From contig OX597825.1 in NCBI GenBank assembly GCA_951406725.2, positions 70,494,001 to 70,558,000 on the forward strand: DNA of 64,000 nt, written 5' to 3'. The number at the start of each line of letters is the position of its first letter. The first letter of the stretch is position 1. The DNA is from Octopus vulgaris. Its lineage: Eukaryota. Under the pieces are notes generated by a model that had not been told where the DNA came from, searched no databases, and saw nothing but the letters and a program-made list of their open reading frames with translations. The translations under genes and the position numbers were made by a program. Of this stretch, positions 24,714 through 35,898 are shown piece by piece.

Positions 24714-25886
24714 TTCTATATACATACATACCTAGGCACACACACACATGCATGTGTGCATGTGTGTGTATAATATATGTAACATATGGTATAATTATAA
24801 ACAGGGCAAATTTTAGCCATTTCTCTGCAGACTGATAAAACAATGAACAACCTTAATCGATTTTCGAACCTTATACACACACACACACACACATGTACTT
24901 ACATATACAAACATACAAAATCCAAGAAACCCTTACTTAAAAGTATTAAATGCAACTGCCAGTAAAACAGTGAAGACAGTTTCTTTTTTTTTTGGATTAA
25001 TTAAGTAGTGGATTAATTATTTTGGGATTAATAAAGTATTTAAAACACACAATCACACACAGACACTCACATGCAATACATACAGTGTTTCAAGCACTTA
25101 AATTCCTCAAAAGAACCAATTCAATTTCACAATTTACATCAGTGTAAATCAAGCAAATTCTATTAGAGATAAGAAAATTGAATATGTCATCCAGCTGGGA
25201 TTCCACAGAGTACATCAGGGCTGCTTTTTTATGAAATTCAGGCACACAGCTTCAATAAACATTCTTTGAATCCATATACTCCATCGGTTACAACAAGTGT
25301 CCCAGTTGATTGGATCAACAGAACAGACTGCTCATGAAATTAGCATGAAAGTAGCTGAGCCCTCCACTATCACAGGTACCCTTAACATAGTTCTCAAAGA
25401 AATTCAGCAGGACATAGAATGCAACAAGGCCGGCCCTTTGAAATACAGGTACTACTCATTTTTGCCAGCTGAGTGAACAGGAGCACTGTGAAATAAAGTG
25501 TCTTGCTCAAAGAAAAAACACGTAGCTGGGTTGTGGTTATTATAGTAGTTTTGACTTTAAGAGTCCCTCCTAGCGTGAGGCATTTATGTATAGTAATGCC
25601 CTTAATATATATATATAACAAAGTGAAGTTGTAAGGTACTGCACAAGTGAAATTATATATAAAAGAAGGTTTGAAAATGCGATTTTAAAAGAAATCTTGG
25701 GAAAAGATTTCCCAAGATTTTTCCTTGTAAACCGTTTCTAACATGTCTTTATTATTATTATCAAAGACTGTATATATGTACTGTAATATTTTGTGACAAC
25801 CAGTACCTAACACAACAAAGCTTTTACATGTTACTTTTGACTATCTTTTTCTGAAAAAGTGAAACCGGTCTGCATTTTCAAACCTT

Positions 25887-25936
<50 letters not shown>

Positions 25937-26046
25937 AGAGTATTGTAATTTGCTTGAAGCATTGTGTATTGTTTGTGAAATATAAAGTGTCTTGAATGGC
26001 ACAACAATGCAGAGTGGATTATAATAACTGTTGTAATTTAATTATT

Positions 26047-26216
26047 GCAGCGTGGAAGGCGTTTATAAGCCATTTAAGAAACACAAAAACCGTTAGATTC
26101 GCTTCAACATTTAGATTTAATTTGTCAAAATATTTTCATCGCTTTGAGACTGCGACCTGTTCACTGACAAAACTCCATGCTGCATCGGCATCTCTTGCTA
26201 TGCAAGTACATCTCCA
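26047..26216 (-). mobile_element. Short hammerhead-bearing retroelement with 13-bp target-site duplication
   Basis: Flanked by taatttaattatt at 26034-26046 and 26217-26229; homologous to 35602-35747. Confidence 0.75.
26121..26171 (-). ncRNA. Minimal hammerhead motif with G3-C8 core variant (copy 1)
   Basis: Minus strand: TTTGTCA-GTGAACA-G-GTCGC-agtctcaaa-GCGAT-GAAA-ATAT-TT-TGACAAA. 7-bp stem I, palindromic stem III. Confidence 0.68.
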
Positions 26217-26250
26217 TAATTTAATTATTCATAGTCTGATATGCTGATAG

Positions 26251-26450
26251 ACTTCCATGCTTCCTGAGATTCGCCAACACTACACCTGATTTTCTCCCTT
26301 CCATACACACACAAGCATGTATCTGACTCATACATTGTTCGCTTTCCAGACATTTGTACATTACTGCATATACTTTATATGCACTTTCTGACAAGTTGTG
26401 GTGCACCTGAGCACTGTATACAATAATTTCATTATTATTATTATTATAAT
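26251..26450 (+). mobile_element. Very short 3' fragment of the same CR1 LINE
   Basis: Near-identical to 19325-19520 including the (TAT)n tail. Confidence 0.85.
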
Positions 26451-26593
26451 TATGATAATATTTTCGGAATATAAAAATTCCTTCTTCAGATATTGCTAGG
26501 AATTGATCAGGTCACTGCTATAATCAGTTTTTTATAAAAAAATTGAGTAACCATTGGAAAACCAATTATAGCAGAGACTTGATCAATTCCTAG

Positions 26594-26640
26594 TGATATC
26601 TGAAGAAGGAACTTTTATATTCTGAAATATTATTATATCA
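26594..26640 (+). ncRNA. Hammerhead motif (C3-G8) in the right arm of a fold-back element
   Basis: TGATAT-CTGAAGA-AGGA-acttttata-TTCT-GAAA-TATTA-TT-ATATCA. An inverted copy at about 26452-26495 has lost its 3' stem I strand to a CR1 insertion. Confidence 0.6.
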
Positions 26641-29600
26641 GACTATGAATAATTAAATTATAACAGTTATTATAGTCCACTCTACATTGATCTGCTATTC
26701 AAGACACATTATATTTCACACACATATATATTGGCACTACGTTGGTTACCATGACGAGTGCTCCAGTTGATCCGATTAACGGAGCAGCCTGTTTGTGAAA
26801 TTAATATGCAAGTGGCTGAGTACTCCACAGACGTGCATACCCTTAATGTAGTTCTCGGGAAGATTCAGCTTGACACAGGATGTCACAAGGCTGAGCCTTT
26901 GAAATACAGGTACAACTCATTTTTGGCCAGCTGAGTGGACTGGAGTAATGTGAAATAAAGTGTCTTGCTCAAGGACACAACGTTTCACCAGGAATTGAAC
27001 TCACAACCTTACAATCACAAGCCAAAAATCCTAACCACTGAGCCACGTGCCTTCACTCATGTATATACACACAAACATATTCAAGATTCATTTAAAATTA
27101 CACACATACACATACACACACAATCATCATCATCATCATCATTATCATCCCTTTAACAGATGTTGTTTCATGCATGTAGGAGTTAGACAAGAATTTGTTG
27201 AGGCAGATTTTCTACAACCAAATGTTCTCGCTCTACCTGCCTGCCATCCTTTGATCAGCAAGATGGGCACAAACACATACACACACATGCATGCGCACGC
27301 ACACGCACACACACACATACACACACAAAAGGCTTGTTTCAGTTTCCGCTTGCCAAAAGCACATACATGATATTACCCCAGCCCAGGATTATAATAAAAG
27401 ACATTTCACACACCCCCATCCACCCACCCCAGGTCCCATGCAGTGGGTCTGCACCCAAAACTATGTAGTTGCAAAGTAAACCTGTCAGCCAGCCACACAG
27501 CTATACCTGCCTCCCCTACCTACTGCCACACACACACACACACACATACATACACAAATGTGTGCACACATAGCAGAAAGGATTGCTGATTGTAAAAGTA
27601 CTGCCTTAATCAAGCACCCATCTAACCTATGCCAGTATAGAAAAATGGATGTAAAAGGAACACAAAAGATTACAAACACAGGAGTTGAACCTGTTTCGAC
27701 ACGACTCGATCCAAGATTCTATGTTTTAAGAAAAGCAATTATTTCATGAAAGAGCCAAGAAAACCATTTATGTTTTTATTGCCCACAGGGGGTTAAACAT
27801 AGAGGGGACAGACAAGGACAGACAAAGGGATTAAGTCAAAATACTAACCCTAACCCTAACCTTTGGGCTGGCTGGTGCCCATTTTCCTTTGTTATCATGA
27901 GGTTTTTTTTTTGAGCTGGATTTTCTATGGGGAGCATGCCCTTGCTTACCCCCAACCACAGTTTCTAGACATGAGTGGTCCCAAGACCAAGGCCTCTACC
28001 ACTAATTTTAAGAAATGTGGTGAAGAACTAGCTCTGGAAGGCAGGGACATGTATAACTGGTATTTATTTAATCGACCCCGAAAGAATGAAAGGCAAAGTC
28101 AACCTCGGCGAAATTTGAACTCAGAATATAGCAGCAGATGAAATACCGCTAAGCATTTCGCCCAGCGTGCTAACGTTTCTGCCAGCTCGCCACCTTCTGG
28201 TCTATCACACCTAGCCTACAATGTCATCCTAAAAGTAAACGATCACCTCATCAAAATCTAAAAGCTACAAGATAATGGATGATTAATTCAAAATATTGTG
28301 AATAAATAAGGATTTCATTTTCGCAGGGTAATCTGAATGTTAAAGGATTTCTTTTTAAAATAGAAAAAAATTCTTTGGCTGCATTTTCAACATGGCATTA
28401 GAAGTTAATTAATGGGAAGATGGCTTCTTTACAACAAACGGAGCAAATAGCAAAATAAAAATAAAAATAAAAAACTGGGATTTATATGATAAGCATTATT
28501 GATTAAACATGTTATAATTAAAATAAGCAAATAACAGTCTGCAACAGACAGAACAGAACGAAAGTACCAAAGTAATTAACAAGAATTGCTAATGAAGCAG
28601 AAAGTTTCACATTCAAAGCAAGAAACCTTAAGCTTTAGAACAAGGCTCTGCAGATAAATGTTTTTGTTTTTTGTTTTTGTTGTTGTTGGTGGTGGTGGTA
28701 TATTGCACCTGGTACATTGTATTCAAGTATCATATCTATGATCAAAGGCATTCCAGCCATGACCATGCCAAATCTTTCCAATGTTCAGGATACCCTGCAC
28801 ATTATCTAATGTGTTCTTTCCTATGAATGTAGGAAGAGAGCTGATGGTGATTTGGCTGTTATTTTTAGCGTATTGAGCCACCACAGAGATGCTCTTTCAC
28901 TGGCATGTTGTTGTTGTTGTCTGCGTGTGTGCGTGCATGTGATTAATTCATGAATGAACTACTCATTAAAGCACGTTCATATCTTTCCTCACTTTTCAAG
29001 AAAATAATAGATATTTAACAAAGGGTGCTACCTCAAGGTCAGCAGCTCTCAACCATAACTCCCAGATCCACATGCGGCCCTCAAGCATGCTTCTGGCGAG
29101 CCCCAACAATCTTCCCTCTTTAAATATAAATTTTCTTTAAGTGACTTGCGTTTTACTTTTTTGAATGTGGCCCTTGTAAAAAAAATCCTGGTGTGGGAGC
29201 TAGCAAGGATATTAAGAACCACCACTCTAGGTGGTCAATCATCTTGCTAGAAACAGCAGTCAAATCTCATCAACTCTCATTCTACTGTCTCAAAAAAATG
29301 AAACGCATATTAGACAAAAAAATAGCTCTAGACTTAATATGTTTTGGTGTGGTAGTGGTGGGGGAGGGAGGGAATATGTGGGGATGGTATTCATAACAGG
29401 AACACATTTGTCCATTTCTAATTGTGACTTCACTTTCAGCACATCAGATCCCTCTTGCTTAATCGGGAAACAAAACATCATCATTATCGTTTAACATCTG
29501 CTTTCCATGCTGGCATGGGGTGGATGATTTGACTGAGGACTGGTGAACCAGATGGCTGAACCAGGCTCCAATCTTGATCTGGCAGAGTTTCTACAGCTGG

Positions 29601-30349
29601 ATGCCCTTCCTAACGCCAACCACTCTGAGAGTGTAGTGGGTGCTTAGTAATAATAAAAAACCCAACAACAAAAAACATAAGCGTTGGAAGAAACAGCTCA
29701 AAGACTCCTTCTCCTCACTCACACTCACCCCCTGCAACCTCGCTCACCCTAATAGTAGAAGTGGATGCCTCCACTCAACAACAAAATCGAGTCGACATTA
29801 ACTGAAAACCAAACTTAGAATCCTAAGACAGTAACAGGGACATAGACATGGTTGTGCAGTTAAGAGGGCTGTGCTAAGTTCTTGTTCCAACTTTGGTATG
29901 GTTTCGTCAGTGGGGTGCCCTTCCTAATGCCAACCACTTAACACAGGGTGCTTTTTTATGAGACACAAGATACAAATTAATGAATCTGGAATGGAAGGCA
30001 GAAATGTTATAGATCAACTACAGAAGTTTTTGAATGGCTGCACCAACAAAAAAAGGTTACATTGAACTTTTCTAGCAGGGCTGCCTGCCTGATGATGATC
30101 CATGTCTCATGTGGTCCACTCCTCAAGAAAAAGTTGCCTAACCCTGTTAAAGAGAATTAAAGGGCTCCAATAACTTGACTGGCAAAATACTGTATTGACC
30201 TCTACAAGACTAAAAAGAAAACTGGACCTTGGTATGAGAAGAGATACAAGTAAATACCACCAGGTATTTTGGCCAGCTCTGTGGTGATTGCTTCCAATGC
30301 AGTGCCCTTTGGTCAGTGATAAAACTGAGATATCATGTCTATGTCAAAA

Positions 30350-31000
30350 TGACCAGGTACATTACAGCTACATTCTAAATATTCAGGTGTTATATCACAT
30401 CTCAGCAAAAGGTGACCCATTTATCATAGTGATCCCAGGTATATCCCAGCTACACTCAAAATGATCAGGTATATAAAAATTCTACTCAAAATGATCACAG
30501 CTACACTCAAAGTAACCAGGTACACCACAGTTACACCCAAAATAATCAGGTACATCACATCTACACTGAAAGCGGTCAGGTACATTACAGCTATACTCAA
30601 AATTACCAGGTACATTACAACTACACTCTAAGTGGCTAAGTGCATTACAGCTACACTCAAAAGAACCACACAGCAACACTCAAAGTGACCAGGTACATCA
30701 CAGTTACACTCAAAATAATCAGGTACATCACAGCTACACTTAAAGTGGTCAGGTACATTACAGCTATGCTCAAAATTACCAGTTACATTACAACTACACT
30801 CAAAGTGGCTAAGTGCATTACAGCTACACTCAAAGTGGCTAAGTGCATTACAGCTACACTCAAAAGAACCACACAGCTACACTGAAAATGTAGATAACTA
30901 AGTACATTATAGCTGTACTCAAAGTGATCAGGTACATCAAAACTACACTCCAGGTGACTAGGTACTTCACAGCTACACTCAAAATAACAAGACACATCAC
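30350..31000. repeat. About 30-bp minisatellite (aggtacattacagctacactcaaagtgacc) with higher-order structure
   Basis: About 20 diverged units read directly. Confidence 0.9.
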
Positions 31001-31179
31001 AACTTGAAAGTGACGAGTTTAGGTATCAAGCAAGCAGTATTTCTAGGACTTAGCAGACAAAGATAAAAAGATTTTTAAAAATCGTTTCACCCCAATAAAG
31101 ATTACACAAATCATTGAGTATATAATATAAAGAGAAATTAGTTTTACAATGAATGTAGTTACATTATACATTACAGCTA

Positions 31180-31414
31180 CGATGAGTCTACGATGATAAA
31201 AAAATTTACCATCATTTTTTCGCATTTTTAACGCATTTTTTGCTCGGTTTATATAAGGGAAGTAACTCTCTAAAAATGCTTATATAGTTATTTCCCTTAT
31301 TTTACACCGAGTAAAAAATTATTTTGTTGAGAGTCGATATTACTTAGTTTGGTTTGAAATAAGGAACTTGATTAGCTTAATAATCGCAACTTAATGTCGG
31401 GTTATACTGCTAGT
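31180..31414 (+). mobile_element. Helitron-like 3' fragment flanked by a 59-bp direct duplication
   Basis: Ends in gtcgggttatactgCTAG|T; internal hairpin; 31121-31179 is identical to 31414-31472. Confidence 0.5.
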
Positions 31415-32655
31415 ATAATATAAAGAGAAATTAGTTTTACAATGAATGTAGTTACATTATACATTACAGCTAGTTGTACAAAATGTCATGCTATGAATAA
31501 AAAATTTTAAATAAAAAGGAGAAAATACTATTAGAAAAATGTGAAAAAAAAATTAATATTAATTTAAGAAATATTTTTAAAATTATAAAATACATGGTAT
31601 GAGAGCTTATTTTTTCTTCCTAAATTTATTTTTATTTAAAAAAAATTACAGTGAAAAAATAAATATTTTGTTTAAAAATTTAAATAAAATTATTTTTCAA
31701 AAAAATGTATCATATGCATATATTGCAGAGACTTGAAGCTTTAGAAGAATACCACAATCAAAATAAAGTTTTGCAATCTGCAGTTTGTGAGATGAAATTT
31801 AACAAGGGAAAGTGGAAGATATGAACAAGAAAGAGGTAAAAAAATATATATATATCTTCCATTAAAAGATTAAGGCTTGTGTGAGGGATTGGGTGAAAGA
31901 GAAAGAAGAAAAAAAAACAGTAAAGCTGGATATGGACAGTGTCCAGATAGCCATGCAAGACCACAAGTGACCACTGATAGCCATGCAATAAGGACCAGAA
32001 CTTAGCCAAAGTCAATAGCTAAAGCATTCCTGCAGATTGGCAGTAATACAACAGAGGTATGAAAGAAATGTTCAAATTTGTTTCATTGTTTAGCTGGAGG
32101 AGGGAGAAAGGTCTGTGCTCATGGCCCTGGAGAGAATGTGGGGATTGAAGGTCAGTACTAATGACCCTGGAGGCTGGGAGTGTTCGGAGGGGAGGATGAA
32201 AAGGGCCATAACTTATATGCCAGTGTTTGGAGGGGAGGATGAAAAGGGCTATAACTTATACACCACTGTAGTAGGGAGTGACACATGAAGAGACCAAGTT
32301 AGGAATCCTAGCACCAGAGACCCAATTTAAATGCCTGTAACAGAGTACAATGAACACCATAGCTATTTTTGAAGCAAAAGCAAGGGTAAGCCACACAAGG
32401 CCCTCCCACAAGACGGTCTTTCTCATCATGGTTGCTTTTCCTTAAAAAAGTAATTTTGGGTTAGCTGCCCTTCATGGTGCTAACCCTTTTAGTCACCTCA
32501 AACAACATGTAAAGATACTGTGTACCTATTCAAAAACCAAGGTTACACACAAAGGGACAATGTGAAAGCAGTTAATGGTACCCAACTGTGAGACAGTAGG
32601 AAGTAAAGCATAAGGTCTTCCACAATAGACCACAATAATGTCACAATTTCTCATT

Positions 32656-32787
32656 TGTTGCATCTCAATATGCAATGGTTGAATGCCATAGAGGTCAAAT
32701 GTTGCATCTCAATATGCAATGGTTGAATGCCATAGAGGTCAAATGTTGCATCTCAATATGCAATGGTTGAATGCCATAGAGGTCAAA
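32656..32787. repeat. 44-bp perfect tandem triplication
   Basis: tgttgcatctcaatatgcaatggttgaatgccatagaggtcaaa at 32656, 32700 and 32744. Confidence 0.95.
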
Positions 32788-34336
32788 TGGTAGAACCCAC
32801 AATGCTATAAGAGACAAACAACCAAGTGAGAAAAATGTATGGTTTACAACAGTACCAAATATTGCCTACTGGTATGGGAACATAAACATATATTCTGATC
32901 TTGTGAAACATGTTGGTATAGATGACATGAAGGATAGTGAAGTGTCCATTTTTTTTTTTCAGTTCACCACATGGGTCAGTCCTTGTGGTATGATGTTTTG
33001 TATGTCTCACTGACCCTGAGAGCTGTGCCATCAGAGTGCAAGTTTCTGGCAGATCTCCTACGCTGGACAGATCATAGGATAGCGACCAGACTAATATAGA
33101 CCACCTCTTTCCAAAGATAAAAATGGGTTTGTCTAGGGCCAATGTCCTTACCTAGAAAAAGCAAAGTTATAGAAGCACTGATAGCAATTCAAAATTAATG
33201 AAACCTGGAAGAGGTAGACAACAAAGAGTTGAGAACAGTGAAGAAAAATTCTCAATGGCCTATGCTCCACTGAGACAGCAAAGGGCTTCACTAAGAAATT
33301 ATTGATTTATACAATATGTTTGAGCAGAACATCTCCACTTTCTACTGGAATTCAAACGTGTGTGAGTGTACATGTGAATGTGTGTGTGTGTCACTCCAGG
33401 ATAACAAACCAAGACAGAACTTGAAAATTTTATAATGATACCAATAATCAAACACTCAAAATTAGGGACCATTAAAGAGATGCGCCATGACCTGGCAATT
33501 TTAAATGTCAAATGACCAATCAAGATGGTATATGCAAAAAGACAAAAAAAAAAAATAGTAATAATAAGAGATAAAAAATTTTAAAAAGTAGCCAAAGATG
33601 TTTCCATATTAAAGAAGGAAAAAACATTTTGAAATGGTGATTCATTGATAACCTCAATTATTTGTGCTATACACACACACACACATATGTAAGCATACAT
33701 AATCATATATATATATGTATGTATGCATATACATACATATATACATACATGTATGCGGGGAAAAGAACTTTAAATTTCCTTTTATAAAAATTTATAACAA
33801 AAAAAAAATGGAAAACAAGATCACTTTTCAAGTATTTACACTCAAATTTTGAAACATTAATTAACTTTAGGCCAGACACACCTATGTATAAATATCTACA
33901 TCATCATCATCATCATTACCAACACCAACCATAGATTCATCACTGTTATATTCACCACCACCACCATCATTATCATCATCATTATCATTATGAAAATAAA
34001 TAGTTCCAATTTGCAAATTGTGAAATCCAGTGTCCTACAGAAACCAGTATTTAAGACTACCACCTTCAAATTGATTGTCTTATATCTAAAAGAATGTATA
34101 TAAATTTAAAAAGTAGTACACTTTACATACGTAGATTGAAGTGTGCATGTGTATGTACGTATGTATGTATATATCTTATGCATATATATTATATGTATGT
34201 ATATATAGATATGTATGTATGTATGTATGTATGTACGTATGTATGTATATATATATATCAATTACAGTTTGTAAAACGGACAAGATTGGTGAAACAAGTG
34301 ATGTGAAATAATACATACATACATACATACATATAC

Positions 34337-34388
<52 letters not shown>

Positions 34389-34949
34389 CACACACACACA
34401 CACACGCATACATATATGTAAAGAAAAACAACTCATCATAAAAATGTGATTGTGATATCAGATAATTAAATGTGTGAAGCTGTAACGACATGTCAGCTAA
34501 TCCTAAAGAAACTCTGGTGATAATTACGCATTCTTCAGCTTCGTTAGACTAACTGATGATCATGCATGAAATCAAATACAAACAACAACAATAATAATAA
34601 CAACAACAACAGAAAAAAAAATTGAGGGAAAATCACAAACCACACACAGACACACACACACACACACAAAAATAAATCACACTCTCACGCACACATGCAC
34701 ATACGAAAGAATTACTAAAAATCACCAGTGGATATTCCAACCAAAAAGAAAACCAAAGAAATGTTATTAGATCAAACTGAACACACGTCAAATTCAACTA
34801 ACAAATTCAACAAACAGCTTGATATATTATAAAAATAAAATTCAACTCCTTAATACACACATACATTCATACACACATACATATATATGTATATATGTGT
34901 ATATGATATTTGCACATAATATATCTGTATATTCTTTATTTGTAGGTTG

Positions 34950-35003
34950 AGGCTACTATTGGTTTCATGCTAAGAGAGAAATTCCTTAACAATTATCAAG
35001 CCT
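34950..35003 (-). ncRNA. Hammerhead motif with U3-A8 core variant (left arm of a fold-back)
   Basis: Minus strand: AGGC-TTGATAA-T-TGTTAAG...CTTAGCA-T-GAAA-CCAATAG-TA-GCCT. Confidence 0.62.
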
Positions 35004-35159
35004 GCCTCAAATTTAGGCAAGGGAGATAATAATTCAAATGTCATCCTCCCTGATATTCATTCCGTTTACTCAAAATCTCACATTATTTTATCACGATCTT
35101 ATGTGACGTTATCATGGTTTAATCCAAGATGGAAAAGAAACACCGATGTTACATGTGGC

Positions 35160-35215
35160 AGGTTTGATAATTGTTAAGGGATATCTCTCTCCTAACATGA
35201 AACCAATGGTAGCCT
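35160..35215 (+). ncRNA. Hammerhead motif with U3-A8 core variant (right arm of a fold-back)
   Basis: AGGT-TTGATAA-T-TGTTA...TAACA-T-GAAA-CCAATGG-TA-GCCT. Stem III ACCA-a-TGGT, GUA triplet. Confidence 0.65.
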
Positions 35216-35601
35216 TAACCCATAAAGAATTTTTATCCACTAATAGTCTTGAGCAGTCATTCTCATTGTTCAATATTAACATGTGTGTGTGTGTATATAT
35301 ATACACAGACACACGCACACACTCACATGCACACATATACTGGCAATACTAATAAAGTTAGTCAGAAGAAATGAAGGAATTGTTCCTTGGTTTATTCATG
35401 CACAGGTACAGAATGTTTTCACATTTTCCAAGGAAACAAAATGAGATAGAATGATATAAAATGAATTGAAATAAAATAAAATAAAATGAAATAAAGAGCA
35501 TTTACATTATTACATTTAAATTTCTTAAATGTATCAATGCATATATGCCACTTTGTTTTACTTAATTTGGCTTTATTTTAAATTCATTTCATTCCATTTA
35601 A

Positions 35602-35747
35602 GAAACACACAAAAGCCGTTCGATTCACTTCAACATTTAAGTTTAATTTGTCAAAATATTTTCGTCGCTTTAAGACCGCAACCTGTTCACTGACAAAAAT
35701 CCGTGCTGATCTCAGATCAAATCACTTGCTATGCAAGTACATCTCCG
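35602..35747 (-). mobile_element. Second copy of the short hammerhead-bearing retroelement with 13-bp target-site duplication
   Basis: Flanked by tcattccatttaa at 35589-35601 and 35748-35760; same terminus (gtacatctcc) as copy 1. Confidence 0.75.
35647..35697 (-). ncRNA. Minimal hammerhead motif with G3-C8 core variant (copy 2)
   Basis: Minus strand: TTTGTCA-GTGAACA-G-GTTGC-ggtcttaaa-GCGAC-GAAA-ATAT-TT-TGACAAA. Confidence 0.68.
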
Positions 35748-35858
35748 TCATTCCATTTAATTTCCTTGGAAAACACATCTACAGAAAATGTGAAAACTTT
35801 CTGTAGCTGTATATACAAATAAATCACACAAGAACAATTCCTTCACTACTGACTAAGC

Positions 35859-35898
<40 letters not shown>

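Noticed and set aside
25851-25878. CTGAAAA-agt-GAAA-CCGG-TC hammerhead-like string
   Set aside because: C3/A8 mismatch, no stem II and no adjacent stem I; at best a dead relic.
27844-27861. (TAACCC)3 telomeric-type repeat
   Set aside because: Too short to interpret; common interstitial motif.
30350-31000. Regularly spaced 30-bp repeats resembling a CRISPR array
   Set aside because: Eukaryotic intron, contiguous diverged units, no unique spacers and no cas genes.
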